Of a DNA stretch of 64,000 nt, positions 7,914-17,023 are shown one piece after another. The first letter of the stretch is position 1, and each line of letters starts with the position of its first letter. The DNA is taken from IMG/VR virus record IMGVR_UViG_3300031867_000008, positions 1 to 64,000 of that record. One strand, given 5' to 3'. The DNA comes from a virus. Its lineage: Duplodnaviria; Caudoviricetes. The translations under genes and the position numbers were made by a program. The notes under the pieces are model-generated. The model did no database searches and was not told the DNA's origin. It saw only the letters and a program-made list of their open reading frames with translations.

Positions 7914-7974
7914 CAATCCCGACAGCCCCGAAGGGCTGTTTCGTCTTAATTCTCAAAGACTCATCAGGGGATTT
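7914..7974 (-). ncRNA. type I hammerhead ribozyme
   Basis: Minus strand AATCCC-CTGATGA-GTCTT(tgagaatt)AAGAC-GAAA-CAGCCC(ttcg)GGGCTG-TC/GGGATT; perfect core and stems; cleavage predicted between 7921 and 7920. Confidence 0.92.
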
Positions 7975-8060
7975 TGCTTTACTTTCCGGCGACTTCAAGG
8001 CATTTTTCAAGATCGTACAGACCGCCGAAAAACAGTTTGATAAGTAATTTTGTAAACATT

Positions 8061-8543
8061 TTAATATCCTTCCTTTACAAGATCGTTCGCAACTGTGAGT
8101 ATTTCGTCAACATCGAGATCGTCAAGAATGTTTTCGCGGATATACCATTTTTTGAAATCATCATTATCGGCTATTTTAGCCAGTAATCTTGTAGTGTTAT
8201 ATGATACAAGATTGTTATAGCCGTCATAGCAGTAATAATCATCATTCCATGAAAATTGCTCTTTTGAGCTATACCCCAGACGGAAAGTCTCAGCCGGATC
8301 CATGCCCTTAATCTCATCTTCAAGGTCAACGAGAGAACGTACTACATCACTATAATAACTATTGGTGAGAAGATATTCATTGTAATCGCTGATTATATCC
8401 TCAGTTACTTCAAACTCATCGCAGAGCATTTCAACGAGGTCAGCCTCAGACAGAGAACCGAAACGCTCATAAGCCGTTAAAAGCATAGCGAGATTGTCAG
8501 TTGACATTGCAGTGATCGAGTTTACATTTACAGTGTTTTTCAT
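8061..8543 (-). CDS. acidic hypothetical protein, first gene of the early array
   Basis: AGGAGG RBS; D/E/Y-rich 160 aa. Confidence 0.75.
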   Translation of the reverse strand: MKNTVNVNSITAMSTDNLAMLLTAYERFGSLSEADLVEMLCDEFEVTEDIISDYNEYLLTNSYYSDVVRSLVDLEDEIKGMDPAETFRLGYSSKEQFSWNDDYYCYDGYNNLVSYNTTRLLAKIADNDDFKKWYIRENILDDLDVDEILTVANDLVKEGY

Positions 8544-8660
8544 AGTTTTTTCCTCCTAAATTCTAATTCTAAACCATAGTACATTCGTATAATGTACCTA
8601 ATCTCAACACACTGATTTTGTACAATATGCTGAGATTAGATACATTTCAAGCCCGAAGTC

Positions 8661-8689
8661 TTGACAGATTAGGTATAAAATGGTATACT
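8661..8689 (+). promoter_or_regulatory. rightward consensus promoter, antisense to the early leader
   Basis: TTGACA-17 nt-TATACT with TG extension. Confidence 0.55.
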
Positions 8690-9630
8690 TGTAACTAAGT
8701 AATCGTGTTACTTTGGGGTACTTGATACCGCAGATTATGCACATTTTAGTCAAGAGATCAGGCTGAAATATACCTATTTTGGTTAGAAAAGTTAGAAAAA
8801 AAGATTGTTATGTAATTTCAGACCAATAATATTGAATACTATTTCACACCGCCGAATCCATTCGCCCCATTGGTAACGCCACGACTTATGCAGATACCGC
8901 CGTTAAAAACAGCCTTGAAAGTACAATTTCACAACTGGACTTTTTCAAACCACTGTTAAGAGGCGCAAAGACCCTATCTTTACGATGTTTCGCAGTCGGT
9001 TAATAACTTACACTTATGCTTCCAACTAGCACAAGATTTTACAAACCGTTGACAGTGCCAACTGCTAAAACAGTATTACTAATTTTCAAGATGCCCCGGA
9101 TACGTTCAACAGTTTTAACCGTTCAGACCGTCACAACGCCTATTTATATCCCGAAGGATGCCGCATAGATACAGCGATTCTAACATATGCTATCCGCGCA
9201 TATCGGAGTAAAAAGATTATACAGTAATTTACTATACTGTTGATCCGCTATCAATAACCGCGCTAACCGCGCCGACATGATACCCGCATTTATACCTTGA
9301 CGGCAGCCCCACGGGATAAGGGGCAATTTGCAGATCGGAAAGTACACATTTTGTATACCGCAGCCGGAACGACCGTTAAACCTTCCGAGATCGTCGCTAT
9401 CGTGAGCCGTTACCACACGATCTGGCTAATCTCAATTTTTGCGGTTGATTGTAAAAAACCTCGATCAAAACTGGATTTTCAACCCCCCCAAGCCTTGCGG
9501 CTCATATTTCGCTCGACCGTGTTTTTTTAATCTTGCTTGTTTCCTTGCAGATCATTTATTGTAAAGAGCCTTGACAACGATCTTTGTTTTGTGGTGTTTG
9601 TCGTTGGTCTTTATCTCTTTGACTATACTA

Positions 9631-9659
9631 ATTATAACAGATAGTGCGCACTAATACAA
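9631..9659 (-). promoter_or_regulatory. major leftward early promoter with palindromic operator
   Basis: TTGTAT-17 nt-TATAAT (TG extended); spacer contains perfect palindrome TAGTGCGCACTA (9642-9653). Confidence 0.65.
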
Positions 9660-9777
9660 TATATTTTTGTAAATCATTTATGAACTTTTTGTTATTTTTG
9701 TTGTGATTTCGCACAATGTTTGATACAGATTTTTGTGCAAAATTTTATACTATATAAAGGGAAAAGGAAGATCACAA

Positions 9778-9999
9778 ATGAAAGAAAACGAAACTAATAG
9801 CAAGGCAAAAAACGCCTATAATACAGCATATCAGAAGAAAAACTATAAAAAAATGAATGTATTGTGTAAGCCCGAAATATTTGATAAAATAGAATCATTT
9901 TGTAAAGACATGGAAATAAGCAAGGCAAAATTTGTACAACTTGCTTGCTTATATGTCATTAATAACGATTTGTTTAGTGAAATTGTACAAGAAAAATAA
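9778..9999 (+). CDS. ribbon-helix-helix (Arc/CopG-like) regulator
   Basis: YQKKNYKKMNVLCKPEIFDKIESFCKDMEISKAKFVQLA strand-helix-helix pattern; divergent from early promoter. Confidence 0.65.
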   Translation: MKENETNSKAKNAYNTAYQKKNYKKMNVLCKPEIFDKIESFCKDMEISKAKFVQLACLYVINNDLFSEIVQEK

Positions 10000-10083
10000 G
10001 TGATTCGGGGAGAGCGTGAGAGCGTGAGCAGGCAAGGAAGCAAGGCAAGGACGAGGACGGAAGCACCGAAGAACGCCCCCAAC

Positions 10084-10203
10084 ATCAGCCCCAAAGGCTG
10101 GAAGAGATCAGCCCCAAAGGCTGGAAGAGATCAGCCCCAAAGGCTGGAAGAGATCAGCCCCAAAGGCTGGAAGAGATCAGCCCCAAAGGCTGGAAGAGAT
10201 CAG
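10084..10203. repeat. 5.2 perfect copies of a 23-bp unit ATCAGCCCCAAAGGCTGGAAGAG
   Basis: Units start at 10084, 10107, 10130, 10153, 10176; no spacers. Confidence 0.95.
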
Positions 10204-12102
10204 AGACAGAGCACGGACAAACAGCACCAAGGACAACGAGGACAAGACTTGCAAAACCTCACGAGCCTTGACGGGTCCCGACCTCACAAGGATAAGCCCC
10301 CCGACCTGCTACAGCTCAGACAGCGACAACGAGGACAAAGCAAGATCAGGCACAAGACCTCAGACCCGAGGACGGCAAAGCAGGCAAAGCAAAACAAGAT
10401 CAGGACAAAGCGCATATAATGCACAGATACACCAAAATCAAAGCAAGCATAATAAACGCCCCAGAACAAAACAGGCGCATAAATTGCGCCTAAAATTAAA
10501 ACAGGTGCATATAATGCACCAAAACGCACGGAAAAGGGCATCAGAGGGCTTGCAGGCGGTTTATAGTATAGTTATACCCCTATTTGCTAGAGTGGCTAAA
10601 AAGGGCGTTATTTTTGCGTTATAGGGTGTATGTGTGGGGTGGACAGTTTGTGTGTGTGCAGAATACAATTGTGCGTGAGTGACGGACAAAAAGTTTAATT
10701 GACCTTAAAACGGTACAATTAAACGAGCCGAATTGTTATGTATAACATAGGGCTATTGCTATGTATAACCATAGTCACATCGCTACTCAGTCGCCCCACG
10801 GAGCAGGAGCAGCGGAAGCACGGAGCAGGCACACAGCGCCGACAACGCCCCACGGCTTGCAGTTCTCAGCCCTCAGCCGTTGCAGCTGCTGACATTTTCG
10901 GGGCTTGCTTCATACCGCTTTACCGCTGATTTAATGCGGTATTTTGGCATTTTACCGCACCAACTACACCCAGCAGGCAGGCACGCCCGACAACAGCACC
11001 GCCGACGGATTGACGGCAGACACCCAAAACCCACGTAAACATAGCATTTTTGACACATTCAAAAATCAAAAAATCGCTATCGCAAGGGACAAGCCCTTGC
11101 CTATATACCCTACATACTGCATACCCATTTCAATCGCCATGGGCGATCTTGTTGAGCTGTCATTGCTATCAAGAGCTACCCCCGGGGTAGTTCACATATT
11201 AAAATCTCATTTGTGTTCCCCTTGTCTCATTAAGTGACCTTTCAATCAACTCATTCAAAAATCCCAAATCCCAAACCCAAAATCCCTACATCTCCCCTCT
11301 CCACCCCTCACCAACCCACAATTTAATTCGACCACACCCATTTCCAAATTTTCGTAAAACCTACGTTATTATTAACTTTTTTTATATTTTTCAATAATTA
11401 TTTCTATACTAAAATCTACTAAAAACTCAAATAAATCATTATAAATCATTCCAATCAATTTAAAATCATTATATCACTACATATTGTCACCACCTTTTAA
11501 ATCCCCTTTTAAATCCCAATGATGTTTAATTTTTTACATCAATGGGATTTTTTTATTATGCCACATTTCATGTTATTTTGCTTTATTTCGCCCTATTTTA
11601 CAGCACTTTTGACTACAATACTGTCTATCTGACTGCAACATAGTCCAAACACAGTTCATCTTCTAAATGTAATACAATCTATCTTCTATACACATCTCAA
11701 TAAACATTCTTTACGATCATTATTCGTATAATACAAAAATTTTATTTTTTTTCATTTTTATTGCAATAAATAAATTTTACCGTAGTCCATTTTGCACTAT
11801 TCTGACATGACAGCAGTAAACTTCTGACACAACAGTAGTAAACAACTGACAACAATAACAACATCGGTAGACATTAACAATATCAACAACATTAGAAGCA
11901 ACATCTTACCAAAGAAACAAGCCATAAGCTTTACCTAAGATCACCTTGTTAAAATTGATACAGAAATTATCAATAAAAATCGTCCTAGAATCGCTTCCAG
12001 ACCTTTTGCCGATAAATTTACCCACCCTAATCATACAAACGATTTTAACTCATATTTTTTAATATAATAATAATAATTCTTAAACAACGCATCAGTATCA
12101 AC

Positions 12103-12230
12103 CTTGCACTTACTTGCACTTACTTGTGCTTACTTGCACTTATTTACACTTTCATACGCTACTTTCCTATTTACATTATCATCAATATAATTAAAATTAT
12201 ATTATCATCAATATAACTAAAATTATATTT
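12103..12230. repeat. 10-bp tandem repeats (CTTGCACTTA) followed by a duplicated AT-rich 26-mer
   Basis: Direct reading. Confidence 0.8.
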
Positions 12231-12288
12231 AAACTTTTGTCTAATCATACAAACATTTAATAATTGCGCCGATGACTGTTGAAAACTA

Positions 12289-12317
12289 TTGACTTTATTT
12301 TGTTAATATGTTATAAT
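12289..12317 (+). promoter_or_regulatory. sigma-A-type rightward promoter
   Basis: TTGACT-17 nt-TATAAT with TG extension; followed by two ATAGGGTACTATC repeats. Confidence 0.7.
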
Positions 12318-12458
12318 ATTAAATAGGGTACTATCTATTATTACATAGGGTACTATCATAAATTGTTATACGATGTTACAATGTTATATCGTTACAACGT
12401 CAATGACTGTTAAAAGTTTATCAAGCAATAATATAAAATAGAAAGGAAATGAAAAACA

Positions 12459-12704
12459 ATGTCTACCGACAATCAAAATAACAGACTTGATTATACAGAT
12501 AAGTCTATCTTTCCTGAATATATTTATCTTAATGAGATCAGACGTAAACAACCTGTTACAACTCAGGACAAGCAAAATACTTTGACATTATTAAGAGAAT
12601 TTCATATTTCACCTCCCTCAGACTTTGAAATCATCTGCTCAAAGTTTAAAACATATGCAGACTTAGAAAATTGGAGAAGATATTACATCACAAATTTTTT
12701 GTGA
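12459..12704 (+). CDS. hypothetical protein
   Basis: ORF with GAAAGG RBS. Confidence 0.65.
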   Translation: MSTDNQNNRLDYTDKSIFPEYIYLNEIRRKQPVTTQDKQNTLTLLREFHISPPSDFEIICSKFKTYADLENWRRYYITNFL

Positions 12705-12795
12705 AATTACATCACAATGAACTTGTGTACATCATAAGGAATTTGTGTACATCATAAGGAACTTATAAAGTTATACAAGAAAGGACTTATAGCAT

Positions 12796-13224
12796 ATGAC
12801 AAATCTAAATGCAACTAATACTAATGAGAGTAATGCTACTACTACTGACAGTAACATCAATGCTACTACTGACAGTAACCCAAACATTCAACGAGATAAC
12901 GTTGTTGTTCCACGAGATAACGTTGCTATTCAACGTTTCACCAAAGAAGAAAGAGAAACCATTCTTACTTACAATGAAGCTGATGGCTACTGGGAGATTT
13001 ACACAGGAGTACAATCCCACATAAGAAAATTCGATAAGCTAAACTATGAAGTCACTAATGTAGACTATTATGAAGATGGAACTGTTGCAGGAAAATTCTA
13101 TAAAGTTCCTAAGAAAGCTATTAGTTTCAGAGATCCCTCAAAGAAAAGAAATCTTACAGACGAACAACGACTTGCAATGGCTGAAAGAATTAAAAATGCA
13201 AGAGAAAAGAAAAATAAAGAATGA
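12796..13224 (+). CDS. hypothetical phage protein with repetitive N-terminus
   Basis: AAGGA RBS; ERETI...R-x-LTDEQR-x-AMAER C-terminal motif. Confidence 0.75.
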   Translation: MTNLNATNTNESNATTTDSNINATTDSNPNIQRDNVVVPRDNVAIQRFTKEERETILTYNEADGYWEIYTGVQSHIRKFDKLNYEVTNVDYYEDGTVAGKFYKVPKKAISFRDPSKKRNLTDEQRLAMAERIKNAREKKNKE

Positions 13225-13900
13225 TGTAGTTTTTGTTTTCTTTATAATTCATTAGAAAGTTTTCTTAATAACTTATTAGAAAAATCACTCTAAAATCGCC
13301 TTGACTATCTTTACCCTACAAGTTATACCCCTCAGAGTACAATGACAAAATAAACTTATTTTTCTAATGAATTTATCTATGTAACAAAAATTATAATAAT
13401 AAGAATACAATAATGACATAAGAAAGAAGATGATTTGTTATAGACAACACTATTGCTAACGACAACACTATTGATAACACCATTGTAGAACTCAGACAAC
13501 TATCAGATAAACACAATGTTCCATATTCTCGCTTACTACTATCTTATATCTCAGGATTGAAGAAAGGATTCTCACCCAAACTCATTCTTATAGGTTTAAG
13601 ATTTTCTTGTTCTCGATCATCTGGTATCACAGAATACTTTACCAAAGAAGATGTAGCGATCTTACTTGATTGTTCTCTTGAAGAAGCTGAACAAAGAATG
13701 ATTGATAGTGGTAATGCTTTGGAAATTACATGGATAGAGTGATACAACCTTAATAGAAAAAAATAGTTCTTCTATCTTATCTTATTTCTATTGGAGATTA
13801 AGTTATTTCTATTAGAAATCAAGTTTTTAATTTTTATGCTCAGAGAAATACTATTTATTTTTATTTATATATTTATTTATCTTTACTACAGTATGTTTTT

Positions 13901-14045
13901 TATACACTTAAATGTAACATAGGATGCGGTTTTTTGGCATACCCACGTTACAGTTAAGTGTAACATACCCCCTATTTTTGCATACCTATGTTACATTTAA
14001 GTGTAACATACCTTTAAACAGCCACGTCACAATTAAGTGTAACAT
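13901..14045. promoter_or_regulatory. four palindromic 20-bp boxes (GTTACAnTTAAGTGTAACAT), candidate origin iterons/operators
   Basis: Copies at 13901, 13947, 13990, 14026; AT-rich tract upstream; last box lies just upstream of TATAAT of next gene. Confidence 0.7.
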
Positions 14046-14077
14046 AGGGTATTATAATTATCACAAAGGAGATTTGT

Positions 14078-14863
14078 ATGAAAAAACAATATTACTATGC
14101 TATTCCCAAAGAAATTGTATATAGTGATCCTACATATACAGAATATGATTTATTAACATACATAACCATTTTAAGATGTAGATTATTACATGATAATCAC
14201 ATAGCTCACACGTCCATTTTTAATATTTGTGAATTATCAAATTATTCCACGTTAGATAGGAGAGAAGAAAGTTATTATTCATCTATTAAGTGGTCTTTAA
14301 AACTATTCAGAGACAATGACATGATTAAAATAAATGGAATAAAAGAAGTGGACGAATTAAGACCTCGTGCTTTTATTAAAATACAATTAACTGATAAGTT
14401 CGTACCATCATCAAATTTTATACAATTGACAGATGAGGAACTAAACGTTATTATCGGTTGCAAAGAGTATAAGGCAACCGCAGCACTCTTGAAGGTATAT
14501 CTATACATAAAGTCTTTAATGTTTATCGACTACAATAATCCCAATAGTTCGATCTCTGCCTACTATGTTACTGAGGACATCGCTTGTCAAGTATTATTCA
14601 TGTCTAAGCAAAAGTATGATATATGCGTTAATACTTTATGTGCATTGGATCTGCTTATATGTCACCAAACAGGTAGTTACTATGATTTCAATGGTATCAA
14701 GAATGCTCCAAACATTTATGTTTTAAACAATGATAATGTAGCAAGCAATATTAGAGGTGCGCTTAACAGATTGAAACATGACCTGTTAAAGCCTGAGTTT
14801 GGCAATAAAGACGATTTTATGCCGATAGTTTATACTGGCAAGAAAATAAGAAAGGCTGAATAA
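14078..14863 (+). CDS. putative DNA-binding/replication initiator protein
   Basis: AAGGAG RBS; repeated L-x-x-Y-x-Y-I winged-helix-like segments ending PNIYVL; adjacent iteron-like boxes. Confidence 0.55.
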   Translation: MKKQYYYAIPKEIVYSDPTYTEYDLLTYITILRCRLLHDNHIAHTSIFNICELSNYSTLDRREESYYSSIKWSLKLFRDNDMIKINGIKEVDELRPRAFIKIQLTDKFVPSSNFIQLTDEELNVIIGCKEYKATAALLKVYLYIKSLMFIDYNNPNSSISAYYVTEDIACQVLFMSKQKYDICVNTLCALDLLICHQTGSYYDFNGIKNAPNIYVLNNDNVASNIRGALNRLKHDLLKPEFGNKDDFMPIVYTGKKIRKAE

Positions 14864-14896
14864 AATTATAAAAATCAAAAATGGAGGATTTAAATT

Positions 14897-16030
14897 ATGA
14901 AAAATCAGAACGAAGTACAGGTACAGACATTTGAAAACTTACAGTTTGGAACACTGAGGACTATTGAAATTGATGGTGAACCTTGGTTTGTTGGAAAAGA
15001 TGTTTGTGACGCATTTGGTGACAAGAATAGTAACAGAAGTCTTTCTCGTGTAGACAATGAAGATAAGAGGGTAATTCCTATTCAAACAAAAGGTGGAATC
15101 CAAAAGGTTACTTTTGTTAATGAAAGTGGCTTGTATTCTTTGCTGTTTACCATGCAACCCCAAAAGGCACACAAGGGGGTGTCAGATGAGTACCCCCTTG
15201 AAACTAAAGAAAGAATAGAGAAGTTACATAAATATAAACGCTGGGTGACAAGCGTTATCTTACCATCTATTCGTAAGACTGGTGGTTATGTAGTAGAATG
15301 CAGAGAACAAGAGTTTTTGAATAATCCTGATACTAACATTGCAGGAGCAATAAAGGAATTAAAACTCTCTATTGAAGTTTTGCAAGAACAGATAAAAGCA
15401 CTTCCTGCGACAAACGTAAAAGAGTCTGATACATACACACAGAATATTTGGAAGAAGTACGTTGGTACTCCAAAGGCTTTAGAGGTTGCAGAAATATTTG
15501 GAATGGAATTAGATAACGCATATAAGGTAATCTACGATAGAATGAAAGAAGAATATGGATTCTTTACCGTGGTTGCTATAAGGGAATACAAAGCTAAGTA
15601 TCAACTTAATGAAAGTGATGTTGTTACTCCAATTACTGCTGTATCAGATAGTGAGATTTACAAGGAACAGTTTGTGACTGCTGCGAATGCTTACATAATT
15701 GACTATGAAAATGCAGTAAAGGATAATGCTATTCATAGTAATAAGACAGCCACAACTATAGTTGGAAAGAAAAAGTTTAAGAAATATTTCTGGTCAGATG
15801 ACAGTTATGATTTTGTTATCAACACTCTTCAAACCATACTTGGTTCAGAAGATAAAGCAGAATTACAGCGTACTATTTACATGGAGATGGCGTCAGAACA
15901 GGCTTGGAAAAACTCTATGACAAGATATAAGTGTTGTGACAAGGTTTCTTTGATTAACACAAATGTAAAGTACAAAAAGAAGTTCATCAACACTTGTAAT
16001 CGGATAGTAGATTCGATTTGCAAAGACTAA
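14897..16030 (+). CDS. BRO-N domain protein (antirepressor-like)
   Basis: FGTLRTIEIDGEPWFVGKDV...VNESGLYSL...RWVTSVILPSIRKTGGY. Confidence 0.9.
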   Translation: MKNQNEVQVQTFENLQFGTLRTIEIDGEPWFVGKDVCDAFGDKNSNRSLSRVDNEDKRVIPIQTKGGIQKVTFVNESGLYSLLFTMQPQKAHKGVSDEYPLETKERIEKLHKYKRWVTSVILPSIRKTGGYVVECREQEFLNNPDTNIAGAIKELKLSIEVLQEQIKALPATNVKESDTYTQNIWKKYVGTPKALEVAEIFGMELDNAYKVIYDRMKEEYGFFTVVAIREYKAKYQLNESDVVTPITAVSDSEIYKEQFVTAANAYIIDYENAVKDNAIHSNKTATTIVGKKKFKKYFWSDDSYDFVINTLQTILGSEDKAELQRTIYMEMASEQAWKNSMTRYKCCDKVSLINTNVKYKKKFINTCNRIVDSICKD

Positions 16031-16048
16031 GAAAAGGAGAATAAAGTT

Positions 16049-17023
16049 ATGTACCATCATGTGACACAGTTAGCACCAACAGTTCTTAAACCTCATCCTC
16101 GCAATAAGGAGTTCTTTGATGATATGTCGGGTGACAAATGGAAAGAATTTTTGGAGTCAGTAAAAACTTCGGGCATCATTGAACCTATAGTCATCACACA
16201 AGATAATGTAGTAGTGTCAGGACACCAGCGTTTAAGGGCTGCCAAAGAATTAAATCTTGAAACAGTTCCCACTATTATGAAAACATATTATTCAGAAGAT
16301 GAAATACTAAAAGACCTTCTTGAAACTAATGTTAGGCAGAGGGGTAGCATTAACACAAGTTCAGTAAAAAGTGCTGTTATTATAAGTACACTTGAAAAAA
16401 TTTACAAAGGGGATAAGAGTGGCACAACTCCCAATAATCAAAAAGAACTTGCTAATAAATTAGGAGTTAGTCTCAGAACATTACAGTACATAAAACAGCT
16501 TGACAAACTTCCCGATGAACTCAAACTTATTCTCGAAGATGGCAAGATCACAAGTAGTACAGGTTTAAAGATAATGGAAAAATTATCAGAAGATGAGCAA
16601 AAACTTGTTATCAACATGATTCAATCCTCAGATAAAGATAAAGTTACAAGTAAAGAAATAAGTAAGTATGTTGAAGAACTTAGACAGAAAGATTTAGAGA
16701 TAGCTAAACTCAATAACAAGCTGAATGAAGTTACTTCTAATGAAGGTAGCACAAATCAATCACAGAATACAAAGTCGATTGCAATAGTTACGGATGATGA
16801 TAGTTTACTGAAAAATAATTCACTGAAAAATTTTTCTCTATGGACTGAAAGATATTACAAAGTCTTATTACAAATGTTTGGAGAAGATGCTGAAAAGATC
16901 GGTGACACAATAAACGAGAATGCAGATGTAAAAGAATTAAAACGTCTAAGGTCAAATTTGAGAGAGATACAGGAAGTAATTCGTTCTGTGGTTACGTCAG
17001 CGAATGGTGTTATAAATGAATAA
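16049..17023 (+). CDS. ParB/Srx N-terminal domain protein with HTH
   Basis: LKPHPRN...GIIEPIVI...SGHQRLRAAKELNLETVP; QKELANKLGVS HTH. Confidence 0.85.
   Translation: MYHHVTQLAPTVLKPHPRNKEFFDDMSGDKWKEFLESVKTSGIIEPIVITQDNVVVSGHQRLRAAKELNLETVPTIMKTYYSEDEILKDLLETNVRQRGSINTSSVKSAVIISTLEKIYKGDKSGTTPNNQKELANKLGVSLRTLQYIKQLDKLPDELKLILEDGKITSSTGLKIMEKLSEDEQKLVINMIQSSDKDKVTSKEISKYVEELRQKDLEIAKLNNKLNEVTSNEGSTNQSQNTKSIAIVTDDDSLLKNNSLKNFSLWTERYYKVLLQMFGEDAEKIGDTINENADVKELKRLRSNLREIQEVIRSVVTSANGVINE

Noticed and set aside
10084-10203. CRISPR array
   Set aside because: Units are contiguous and identical with no spacers; no cas genes in the window
10000-11237. ORFs 10000..10419, 10268..10624, 10738..10929, 10944..11237
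   Set aside because: No convincing RBS; open frames are explained by T-poor, GC-rich repetitive composition
13557-13742. Small CDS upstream of the iteron boxes
   Set aside because: No clear start or RBS; possibly a decayed gene, not supportable
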